From Clostridia bacterium (lineage in GTDB: Bacteria; Bacillota; Clostridia; Oscillospirales; Acutalibacteraceae), in assembly GCA_017427315.1 (NCBI GenBank), contig JAFRTA010000267.1, forward strand, positions 1-53,156: DNA of 53,156 bases, given 5' to 3'. Made by a program: the position numbers and the translations under genes. The notes under the pieces are model-generated. The model saw only the letters and a program-made list of their open reading frames with translations. It ran no database searches and had not been told where the DNA came from. This document shows positions 24,119 through 34,900 of this stretch, piece after piece (position 1 is the stretch's first letter; each line of letters begins with the position of its first letter).

Positions 24119-24475
24119 TTTTACACCTCCCTTCGGGTTTGATTGTTTGTGATTGTTCCCTCCCGTTCCTGATTTCATAATTTTCTTGATCCCGATAATC
24201 AGACACAAAAAAAGAGCGCAACAAAAACACACCGCAATGGACACGCCATTACGCTATGTGTTTTCGTTACGCTCTTAAGCTTCGATCAATCAAGCTCTGC
24301 GCCCGAAAAAAGAGAAAAAGAAAATATGTTAAATATGATCTGCCGGTTCAGCCGGAAGATATTTGTCAGGCACCAAACGTTTGTTTAGTATGGCTATAAT
24401 AACATAGTTCAGGGCATTTGTCAAGAGATAACAGAACAAATTTTCTAATGTTTGAAACGATGTTTGAAAATCTTG

Positions 24476-24672
24476 TCATATGATAAATATGATATCTCTG
24501 CCGTCGCAGAGCGTCTTGATCGATACGACGATAGGATTATGATTTTTTTCGTTCAGCATGTTATAAACCGTTGGCGGTGACACGCGTGCATATTAGCAAG
24601 GCTATTGATCTCCATTTTCCGTTGACTGCAGAGATTCAATATTCGAGCATCAACTGCCTTCTTTGTGTTCAT
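24476..24672 (-). pseudogene. Frameshifted small XRE-family HTH regulator, divergent from the cargo genes
   Basis: My translation gives MNTKKAVDARILNLCSQRKMEINSLANMHA, then the sense continues only after a frame shift near 24585 as VSPPTVYNMLNEKNHNPIVVSIKTLCDGRDIIFII*. The in-frame reading instead ends as CHRQRFITC*. Confidence 0.55.
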
Positions 24673-24903
24673 AACAATCTTCCTCGTCGATTTATCGTAA
24701 TAATAGCAAAAAATCCTGGGTATATTTGTAAACAATACAATATCGTAATATTTTTTTTAAAAATTATTGCAAATTTTTCTCAAATAAATATTATAGAGCA
24801 TTGCAAAAAAAATACTTCTATGATAACTTTAATATAGAATATTGACAAGCACTTCTAAATCATAAAACTATATCTAAGTAATTTTTTTTGAGGAGAATTT
24901 CTT

Positions 24904-27900
24904 ATGAACCGAATGAATAAAACACTTGCTATTATTCTTGCGATTATTTTGCTGGGATATTCAATGCATATGACATATACATTTGCCGGCTCAAATAATG
25001 TTGCTTGGAATAGTTCCTATGACCCAGTGACTGGAAACAGCGATACTGTTGATTTGCCTTCAGGTTGCACGAGCTATTACTATAATGAGAGTTTTTATTT
25101 AAACATTCAAGTTGGTGAAAATATTTTTATTCACGATGCTAATTTGTATGTTTATAAGGATGGTTCATTATATCATTCTGCAAATGCAAAAAAAGAGTTG
25201 GGCTTTTCAAATTATGTTCGATTTTGGGGACACCCATTAATGAATGCAGGTGTGGGCTCATATTATTTTTATTTTATATTAACTTATTCTACTGGATCGT
25301 TGTCAAATTCTACAAGTACTTATACCACAGGGAATTATTCTTTTGCCGTAGTCGATAGGACACCATCCATCAACGCTTCATCAACGAATGTATCGCTGAG
25401 TCTGGCTGGCACAAAAACAAAAACCGTTAGTTTTATTAAATCATGTGCTCTTAGTTATTCATACCATTATTCTTATAGCAAAAGCTCTTCCGCTTTTTCT
25501 TGTGAATGGATGGATTGGAATGGTGATTATGCGCCGCTCAAAATCACGGGAATAACAGCTTGCACAAATGAACCGATTACAATTTCTCTGAAAAGAGCTT
25601 CAGATAACGCCGTGATGGCAACAAAAACGATATATGTTACCGTCTCAACCGAGACATATAATATCAGGTATAATGCAAATGGCGGTACGGGAGCTCCATC
25701 TGATCAAACAAAAGTTTACAATGAGACACTGTCTCTATCTTCAGTCATTCCGGTTCGAACAGGGTACACTTTCCTTGGTTGGTCAACAAGCAGCGGTGCT
25801 TCTTCAGCAACGTATCTTCCTGGAGGATCATATACGAGCAACTACGGAACAACTTTGTATGCAGTATGGAAGCAAACAACGCTTTCATCTGGGGCTATTG
25901 TAACTACTCCAATTACATATAGCGGTCAACAGTATATCTATAAATTTACACCTTCAATCTCCGGATCATATGTTATTTATTCAACAGGAAATGCAGATAC
26001 AAAAGTATCTCTTTATAATTCAAGCGGTTCCGTGTTGTCAAATAACGATGATGGGGGCGAAAACAGAAACTTCAGACTGCAATATAACTTATCCTCAGGA
26101 TCAACTTACTATTATGGTGTTCAGTATTACAGTTCTTCTTCAACAGGTTCGATTTCGACGATTTTCGGACCTGTGTATGTAATACAATATAATGCTAATG
26201 GCGGAAGTGAAGCCCCGTCCCAACAGTCAAAAGATTATAATACAAGCCTTCTCCTGTCTTCTTTTTCTCCGGCTAAATTTTTTACAATTACATACAATGC
26301 CAACGGCGGCAATGTCAGTTCTGCAAGTAAGACCGTCAATTGCACGTTCAATAGCTGGAATACACAACAGAACGGCAGCGGAACAAGCTATAACGCTGGA
26401 GCAAACTATACCACCAACGCGAATGTGACACTTTACGCGCAGTGGATAAATCCGACGGCTGGTTCTCTTGCAACACCCACTCGTTCCGGTTATACTTTCG
26501 ACGGTTGGTATACATCGACAAGCGGCGGCAATCATGTGACAGATGCAGCCACTATTTCCGACAATACTACGCTTTACGCACACTGGACAAAAATTCCAGA
26601 AAAATACACTGTAACATATAACGCCAATGGCGGATCCGGTGCGCCTTCCCCGCAGACCAAGACCGAGGACGCTGCGCTGACACTGAGTAACACAAAACCG
26701 ACCAAGTCTTACACAATTACATACAATGCCAACGGCGGCAATGTCGGTTCTGCAAGTAAGACCGTCAATTGCACGTTCAATAGCTGGAATACACAACAGA
26801 ACGGCAGCGGAACCGCATATGATCCCGGTGACGAATGCACGGATGACGCGGATATCACGCTTTACGCACAATGGGAAAATCCGGTAGCCGGAGAACTGGA
26901 AGACCCTACTAAGGACGGGTATGTCTTTGACGGGTGGTATACTGCCGAAGACGGCGGAGAAGAGATAACTGAATCTTTTGAAGTAACAGAAGATATCACG
27001 GTTTATGCGCATTGGGCTAAAGAACTAAGTGAGTTTACTGTGAGCTATGACGCAAACGGAGGAGACGGAGCTCCCGAGGAACAGATTAAGACCGAAGGAA
27101 CGGATCTGACGCTCAGTGGGGACGTTCCCGTAAAGGAATATACGATTTCATATGATCTCACCGGCGGCAGCACGGAAAATGAAGAAAAAACCGTCGGCTG
27201 TACGTTCATCTGCTGGAACAGCGCATCGGACGGCAGTGGGACCGCATATGATCCCGGAGAAGAATATTCTGACGACGCGGAGGTCACGTTATACGCGCAG
27301 TGGAAAAATCCGGTAGCCGGGGTACTGGAAGACCCGATCAGGGATGGGTATGTATTTGATGGGTGGTATACTGCCGAGACCGGCGGAGAAGCTATAACGG
27401 AGGACTTTGAAGTATCCGGAGATATCACGGTATATGCGCACTGGATCGAAGAACCGGGTGAGTTTACCGTGAGCTTTGACGCCAACGGAGGAGACGAAGC
27501 TCCCGAGGATCAAATCAAGACCGAAGGAATGGATTTGACGCTCAGCGAAGATATTCCTGTGAAGGAGTATACTATTTTCTATGATCCCACCGGCGGCAGC
27601 ACGGAAAATGAAGAAAAAACCGTCGGATGCACGTTCCTCGATTGGAACTGTGAACCGGACGGCAGTGGGGCTGCATATGATCCTGGTGACGAATATACGG
27701 ATGACATGGATGTTACGCTTTACGCACAGTGGGGGAATCCGGTAGCCGGAGTATTGGAAGACCCGACCAGGGACGGGTATATTTTCGACGGGTGGTATAC
27801 TGCCGAAGACGGTGGAGAAGAGATAACGAAATCTTTTGAAGTAACAGAAAATATCACGGTTTATGCGAAGTGGGTCGCCGAAGAGGATCCGAGTTCCCTT

Positions 27901-28500
27901 GCCGGAGATATCAACGGCGACGGCGTTGTGAATAATAAAGACCTGACGAGGTTGATGAAGTATTTATCTGGTGAAGACGTATATGTCGTTAAGAAAACGT
28001 TGGATGTCAACGGCGACGGCATCTGCAATAATAAAGACCTGACAAGACTGATGAAGTATCTTGCCGGAGAAGACGTCAAGATCTATTACGACAAGAATGC
28101 CAGGGAATTCGAAAAAATATATTATGTTCCTGTCCGCGTCTCTACGCAGTCCGAAGCAGGAACAAATGAGCAAGCGCTATGGCAGTGGGAAGAATCCAAT
28201 GTCAGCATTTCCCTTAATGATGAAAAATCTCCGGAGAGAGTCCGTTCGATTCTGTTTGATGGCGACGGACGGCTGCTTTCCGCCTCGGGAACTGACACGG
28301 TTTTTGAGATCGAATGCGGCGTCCGATATGAATTTAATTATGACGACGCTGTGCTTAATTCTATCGTGCGCACAAAAGAGCCTTTGCAGCAGATGGATAA
28401 TGCCGCAGATTATATACTACGTCAACACTGCTGTTTAACGAAAACGGATTACTGTCAAAGTATACGACTGAAGAAGACACTTCATTTTCCGATTTTTTGA
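24904..28500 (+). CDS. Secreted 1198-aa protein with a PPC-like domain, multiple Listeria-Bacteroides (Flg_new/InlB-B type) repeats in four ~143-aa super-repeats, a type-I dockerin pair and the start of a YD-like region
   Basis: RBS GAGGAG. Signal peptide MNRMNKTLAIILAIILLGY. Repeats Y.V.YNANGG.GAPS.Q.K......L....P.R.GYTF.GW and TLYAQW. PPC-like SGSYVIYSTGNADTKVSLYNSSG...NDDGGE. GDINGDGVVNNKDLTRLMKYL / LDVNGDGICNNKDLTRLMKYL. Confidence 0.85.
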   Translation: MNRMNKTLAIILAIILLGYSMHMTYTFAGSNNVAWNSSYDPVTGNSDTVDLPSGCTSYYYNESFYLNIQVGENIFIHDANLYVYKDGSLYHSANAKKELGFSNYVRFWGHPLMNAGVGSYYFYFILTYSTGSLSNSTSTYTTGNYSFAVVDRTPSINASSTNVSLSLAGTKTKTVSFIKSCALSYSYHYSYSKSSSAFSCEWMDWNGDYAPLKITGITACTNEPITISLKRASDNAVMATKTIYVTVSTETYNIRYNANGGTGAPSDQTKVYNETLSLSSVIPVRTGYTFLGWSTSSGASSATYLPGGSYTSNYGTTLYAVWKQTTLSSGAIVTTPITYSGQQYIYKFTPSISGSYVIYSTGNADTKVSLYNSSGSVLSNNDDGGENRNFRLQYNLSSGSTYYYGVQYYSSSSTGSISTIFGPVYVIQYNANGGSEAPSQQSKDYNTSLLLSSFSPAKFFTITYNANGGNVSSASKTVNCTFNSWNTQQNGSGTSYNAGANYTTNANVTLYAQWINPTAGSLATPTRSGYTFDGWYTSTSGGNHVTDAATISDNTTLYAHWTKIPEKYTVTYNANGGSGAPSPQTKTEDAALTLSNTKPTKSYTITYNANGGNVGSASKTVNCTFNSWNTQQNGSGTAYDPGDECTDDADITLYAQWENPVAGELEDPTKDGYVFDGWYTAEDGGEEITESFEVTEDITVYAHWAKELSEFTVSYDANGGDGAPEEQIKTEGTDLTLSGDVPVKEYTISYDLTGGSTENEEKTVGCTFICWNSASDGSGTAYDPGEEYSDDAEVTLYAQWKNPVAGVLEDPIRDGYVFDGWYTAETGGEAITEDFEVSGDITVYAHWIEEPGEFTVSFDANGGDEAPEDQIKTEGMDLTLSEDIPVKEYTIFYDPTGGSTENEEKTVGCTFLDWNCEPDGSGAAYDPGDEYTDDMDVTLYAQWGNPVAGVLEDPTRDGYIFDGWYTAEDGGEEITKSFEVTENITVYAKWVAEEDPSSLAGDINGDGVVNNKDLTRLMKYLSGEDVYVVKKTLDVNGDGICNNKDLTRLMKYLAGEDVKIYYDKNAREFEKIYYVPVRVSTQSEAGTNEQALWQWEESNVSISLNDEKSPERVRSILFDGDGRLLSASGTDTVFEIECGVRYEFNYDDAVLNSIVRTKEPLQQMDNAADYILRQHCCLTKTDYCQSIRLKKTLHFPIF
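26284..26384 (+). repeat. Intragenic 101-nt direct repeat, copy 1
   Basis: 100 of 101 nt identical to 26713-26813 (offset 429 nt). Confidence 0.9.
26713..26813 (+). repeat. Intragenic 101-nt direct repeat, copy 2
   Basis: See 26284-26384; the single A/G difference is at GTCAGTT versus GTCGGTT. Confidence 0.9.
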
Positions 28501-28895
28501 TAGAATACGATGAAAGCGGGCGTGTTGTTTCTATTTCCGGCGAGGATTCGGGCGGATCGATTAATATTACGTACTCATACAACAACGACCGATATGACAG
28601 CGCTGAAACAGATTACTATGTTCAAACGGACGTCTCGGAATATCATTATAATGAAGAAGGTAAACTGATTCGAGTTGAACAGGAAGACGGAAATATCGAA
28701 TATGATTATGATGAACACGGAAATGTAACCGGGATCAAAAATGAGGTAATCGGTAATATGGAGCTCCAGATTGAGTACGAGCCTGCGACATATGCACAAT
28801 ATCAGGCGTTCCTTGCGATTATGAACTGCAATCTGGATTTTGTCACACCGAACGAAAAGATAACGTCTTTTTACCGGGGATTTCTGATGAATTAG
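28401..28895 (+). CDS. YD/RHS-like repeat tail displaced into another frame (probable frameshifted C-terminus of the 24904 gene)
   Basis: This frame is open from 28401 and reads ..LFNENGLLSKYTTEEDTSFSDFLIEYDESGRVVSISGED..YHYNEEGKLIRVEQEDGNIEYDYDEHGNVTGI. It has no RBS or ATG of its own, and the upstream frame already carries FDGDGRLLSASG / YEFNYDD. Confidence 0.55.
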   Translation, partial: CRRLYTTSTLLFNENGLLSKYTTEEDTSFSDFLIEYDESGRVVSISGEDSGGSINITYSYNNDRYDSAETDYYVQTDVSEYHYNEEGKLIRVEQEDGNIEYDYDEHGNVTGIKNEVIGNMELQIEYEPATYAQYQAFLAIMNCNLDFVTPNEKITSFYRGFLMN

Positions 28896-28962
28896 AGACG
28901 GCGTATCGTTAGTTTAATAGTACAAGAATAAACAAAGAATAATTAAATCGGAGGGTCAATTT

Positions 28963-31900
28963 ATGAATTTAAAAAGGATAACAGCAGTAATACTCACGTT
29001 TGTAATGATGTTTACTTGTATTCCTTTGACTGTCCATAATATGGATGCAAACGCGGCTGCAGTAAAACGATATACTGTTTTGGTGTTAGATACATCGAAT
29101 GAATCTAGCTTCAGCGATTCTGACGGGAATACGTTTTACACTGCACCGACTGCAATTGAATATGTAAAGCTATCTGCAACCAGATTCTTGTCAAATATTA
29201 GTAGGTCAACTGACGACAACTTTGTTGCAATTGTTTCGTTTAAGGATAACGCTCAAATTGTATCGGGTTTTTCGGATGACTATGAAGCATTAAAAGAAAA
29301 CATAGTAGATTTATATGCGTCAAGTGATGTGCGTGATATCTCTGCCGGTTTGGCAGAAGCACAATCGCTCATTAGTGAGATAAACGATGCCGATGCGGAC
29401 AAGAATGTTGTACTTTTTACAACAGGAATGACCAATAATGGCGAGTATAATTATGACGGAGTATTCAATGAGGATACGATCGGAAGTGATTGGTATAAAA
29501 TTAATACGGGTATATATCTATACGCATATGCAAATCACGCCTTTGAAGTTGCAGAAGAAATAAAAGAAGCGGGAACAACTCTGTATACTATCGGTTTATT
29601 TCAAACCATGGAGGATATTCCAGAACTTGGACAAAGTGTTGCAAAGCTCTTTCAATTAACTACTCGCCAATTGGCTTCTTCAGATGATTGTTACTTTCCT
29701 GTTGACGACCCGGACAAGCTTGAATTGACTTTTGGGGAAATTGCCGATGTGATTAATAAGATTTCTACTGTAACCGGAGAGCTTGGCGATTATGTAACAG
29801 TTGTAATCTTTAACTCTGATGAATATTATGATGCTGTGGAAATTAATAATAAAAAATATAAATTAGCTAAGGATTCATCTGTTACCGAGAAATGGGTTAA
29901 ATCAAACAAGGGAAGGTACGTAAAAGCGGTTTTAGCTAATGATGAAGTCTTAAGCATCGTAGCATATCTGACGACCAATATAGACAACAATGCTTTCAGT
30001 CATAATAAGAATAGTTTTTTTAGCAGGTTCTTTAGTGGGGAATTGCAATATGCTCTAACTCCAAACGGTGAAATTGTATTGCAAGAGAGACAATCTGACG
30101 GAACATATAAAACTTTAAGTATAAAAGAAAAAGAAAAACGAGAGAAAGAACTTAAGTATGAAATAAGCGATGATAAATTTAAAGAATTATTAGATTGGTG
30201 TTCCGAATTTTATAATGGAGTTAATAAAAACCAATTTAACCAAAAACTTCTGAAAAAAAAGCGAAATGAGTCTTGGGGCGGGAGTTGCTTTGGGGTAAGC
30301 ACGACCATGGCATTAAGCTTTAAAGGTGCTGTAAACCTTTCTGATATTTTTGGTGCTGGAGAAACATATTTTCAACTAGATACAGTGAATTGGCCTGTTA
30401 ATAACCAAGATTTTAGAGATTTAATTAATTATTATCAGTTGGCTCAATATGTAAATGCCTGGCAACATTACGATTTGACTGACAAAGGTGGTTTAATCCA
30501 ACAGAACCAAGAGACGAAAAACCGGGTTATTTCCGCAATGATAGACTACGCGCTGCAGTGTGATGCAACAGGTGAACCGTTTGTAATCTGTATGTCATAT
30601 TCGCATGATTCCGATCCCAATCAAAACGGAAATACCACAAGAGAGTCTGCAGGTCATGCTATAGTCGGTGTTGGGGTGGTATCTACTAATGAAAACGCGA
30701 CTGTTATCAGAATAGTTGACCCTAATTATAGACAGTATAATAATATGACATTGTCAAAGGATGATGCAACTGACAATTATTCAATTAGTTTTGAGCTCAA
30801 CTATACTGCTGATAGAAATTATGACTTCGATTCAATTAATTTTGTTTCTCTTGAGGAACTTCGTGTCGTTGATTATCACGGAGATTTATACTCTGAGAGA
30901 TATAATATTCCTACAAGCACTTTCATATTCGGTGTTAACGAGGAAATAACGATAATCGATAAAGATACCGGCCATAGATTTGTTTATCGGAAAGGTGAAA
31001 CCTCCGGTAATATGACCGTATATGATTTTTACAGATATTATTCTGATACAGAAGCGTCAGAAGGCGGCGAAATCGGATTTGAGCTTGAGCTCGGAGACAA
31101 TTACGAAATAATAACTGACGGCGAAATAGACCTGACAATAGGAAATGCGGAGGGCTTTGCCGGTATAGATGTGGTCAACGGGAATCATATTGATCTGGAT
31201 CTTGAAAAAGGTTTTGAAATTACCGGCGATAATATACAGTATGATATTTTTGTCGATCTTGATAATAGTGAAAATCTTATCAATGTGTCTGGCTGCGGTC
31301 GCGAAAAGATTTATGTTGAGGAAACGGATTCTTCTGTCGTTGTTACCGGTGATGATCTGTATATAGATTCTTGCGATTATTTATACAACGAAAAGATAAT
31401 TGAGAATGAGATCGATTCCGATGGACGGGAATTTGAATTTGGAATCGTTGAAGATCATGTAGGAGTGCTCAGAAAAATTGCGATTAATCCGGCTGTACTC
31501 ACCGTCTCTTCAACAGGGTCTGAGCCTGGTGAAGAAATTGTTTTGGCAGTTTCGATATCCGATAATCCCGGCATCAATACTTTTTCTTTGGGCTTCGACT
31601 ATGATGAATCTGTTCTTCAACTTACCAATGTTGAGTCGGTATCTGATTTGGGCGGACAATTCACCTATTCAAAAAAAGCCGTCTGGCTGAACAGTTCGGA
31701 CACGGATTATAACGGCGATATACTCAAATTATACTTTAAAGTGTTGCCTGAAGCCGTTTCGGGGGATGCAAAAGTAACGCTGACATATAACGCCGGCGAT
31801 ATTTCCAACTACAATGAGGATGATATCTTCTTTGAAGTTCAACCGGGCGTCGTTTCGATTCAGGAAAAGCAGACGATTCCCGTGACCACGGAAGCTCCCA

Positions 31901-34900
31901 CGACCGAAGCCCCGACTACAGAAGCCCCGACTACAGAAGCCCCGACGTCGGAGCCCGCGTGGACAGAGATCGGTCCTGTCGGTGATGTCAATCAGGACGG
32001 AAAAATCAATTCAATGGATGCGAGACTGACCTTGCGTTTCGCCGCAAAACAGCAGACCGCTTCCGGGATGGAAAAACTCCTCGCAGACGCGAACGGCGAT
32101 AAGCTGGTACAGGCAAAGGATGCTCGTCTGATTCTGAGATACGCCGCCAAACTTGATAAAGCAGGTGAGAACGGTAATATTATTTTGTCCACGATCAGAA
32201 AGGCAGATAACGGTGAAACCGATCCGTCAGCGGGCAGCGAACCGGAAACGACTTCGACTGAGCCGTCACAGGCTCCGACAACAGCGCCTGCAACACAGAT
32301 GACGACAGAACCTGTCCCGGAGAAGCCTGCCGTTTATTCCGAGATAACCCCGGAAGATAAAGCAAGTATTAAAGAACTCGCGTTTGATATGTGGCTCTTT
32401 AATCCCTATTTGACAGAAGAATACGTGAATGATGAATCGGATGCATTTTCGTTTGATAGTACCGCCGATAACGCAATGTCGCAGGCAATGATATTACTGA
32501 ATCCCAATACTTACGCGTTATTTAATCGTTATTATTCTGATTCAGCGGATGAGCTATACGATTTTGCCGATCCTTCTGAACGATTTGATATGTGTGTGAG
32601 AATGTCAGGAGAGAACGTGGATAATCTCTTGCGTGATTTATTCGGAATAGAGCCTGATCATGATATCGATAATGAGATTTGTTATTATAAAGACGGTAAT
32701 TATTATATGTCTGTTTCACTTGAAGGCACAGACAGCTTTGACTTTTTTGAGATAGACGATATTTCAAAAAATCAAGACAATTCTTTTGACATTACATTGC
32801 ATCTCTATTCGGTAGATCCGGGTGCCGGGAATGTTCGAGACGAGCACGTAGAGTTTAATATCCGTGCCGGAATGATAGAATCCTCAGGTCAAAGGAATTT
32901 GCGTATAGAAAAACTGCAGTTCTATAAAACAAAGGAAGAGAAAAGCACTCCCGATGTTTCCGATAATTACCACACAAGATATAAGGGCCGTGAATACCAC
33001 ATTCCCCAAATCGCTCGGCAGGGATCGAATTTTGAACGCATTAACCGCGAAATCTACGAAAAGTATTATACGAACGGCGCAGAATCTGCTCTGAGCAATC
33101 TTGAAATAGGAATTGATCCTTCCGTGGTGTATATCAATTATGAATGGACCGTGTTTGACAGTATTCTGTCTCTTTGTGTCTACAGCCAAACGGATGCGGC
33201 GAGCGCGCGGTTTTATGATGTATACAATGTCGGAGAGATGAGAGGAGACGCCTGCGCGGACTCTTATGTCATGAGCCTGTTCGATTTGTCGGAAGATGAA
33301 TTTTACAAAGCAACAAAGTCTGCAATGGAAAAAAAGTTTTATGATGAGTATGGAGAAAAACCTTTCAGTGACGACTTTGCGGATATCTGGAACGGCGCAT
33401 TAAAAGATACGCTTGCGGATGAAAATGTACAAAAAGTTGTTCCGCATATCAACAGCGATAATGAATTGTGTGCGATTGCATATATTTATTCTATCGGCGG
33501 CGCAGAAGGGTATTATTACGATATCAATATTTCCGAGATTATTTCATCCGATTTGCACGATGATGTGCAGGAAGCTGAAACGCACAAAAAACCGGGCTTC
33601 AATCTGATACGATATGAGGATGCACTGTTGGGTAATCGCGAGTACAAACTTAATGAAATCGGTCTTTTACAAGAAATAGATTTTTACGCAAACGAGGATA
33701 TTGGTTCATATACCATTACCTTTGTATATGACAGTGAAGGACGTTTGCTGGAGGCGAAGAATTCAAAAGACGACTTTCATGAAGGCGTTGTGCATACATG
33801 TAAATACGATATAACAGGTCGGTTGATCCAAGAAGGCATTCCCGGACCGAGCGAATCATGGATTGTCAAATCATACACTTATAATGCAGAAGGACAAAGG
33901 GATAGAGAAATGTGGGAATATTCTTTTGGAGAAATGACAGAGTATAACTTCACAAAGAATTATTACCATATTTATTCCGAAGGCGAGGAAGAAAATATTA
34001 CGGATACGCTTGTCTTAGAAGATGGAGAACAGTCAACAGAGGCGCTTAACGAAACCTTCGACGCCAAAGGGCGCATGTTGCGAGGGTATTATTATGATGG
34101 TATCTTCTGTAGTTTCAATTATCACGAAACGGAACCTCTTTCATTGCGAGATGTCATTGTTGCAGAAGACGGGGTGGAAATACCCCCAGATTCCGAGGTT
34201 TTGTTTTATGATAATGCTGGATTGCTGGTTGCCACACTGCCTGTGGGACAAATTGACCCGCCTATTCAGAAGGATGTTGACGGGACCATTCTCGGTATTG
34301 GAGACAATATCACGATGTACAATATACTTCCATCGATTTCCACAGAAAACTTTATTGAGCCGACAAATAAAGATTTTGAGGAATTGGGTACAGAGTTTTC
34401 TTATGAATCGCTTCTTGCAGATTTAAACCTGACATGGACTGGTTATGCATATTCGCCGTACAGTTATATTATCAATTATGACCATGCTGAAACAACCTCT
34501 GCAACGGTAAGAGAAAGACTGTTCTTCATTACTTACTCTATGCCTTATATTCGATATTTCGGAGAGCCGGAACGTGTGACATATCCAGAAAATGACGATC
34601 CTTTTGATTATTTGCCGGGATCATTTCATGTATATCTGAAGTATTCCGAAGAAAAGATCAGCTGGCTTGCAAAGAATTTTTTGAACACAGAAAGTTTTTC
34701 TCCGAATGACTTTATTGGTGATATTTCATATTGCGCCTATAAAGACGGTTATTTCTATTTTATTGATGAAGGCTATGACATGGAATGTGACTTGATGTCA
34801 AAAATATCAAGTATAGAGAAATTAGACGACGGACGATATTCCATGCAAATCGAATATATGATTAACGATTCTGGTAATCAATCTCCGGCATCAGGAAACG

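Noticed and set aside
24842-24874. TTGACA at 24842 as the -35 of the cargo promoter
   Set aside because: No acceptable -10 hexamer lies at 16-18 nt spacing. The region is so AT-rich that hexamer matches (for example TTGCAA-16-TATTAT at 24767) are not discriminating, so the promoter is left unassigned.
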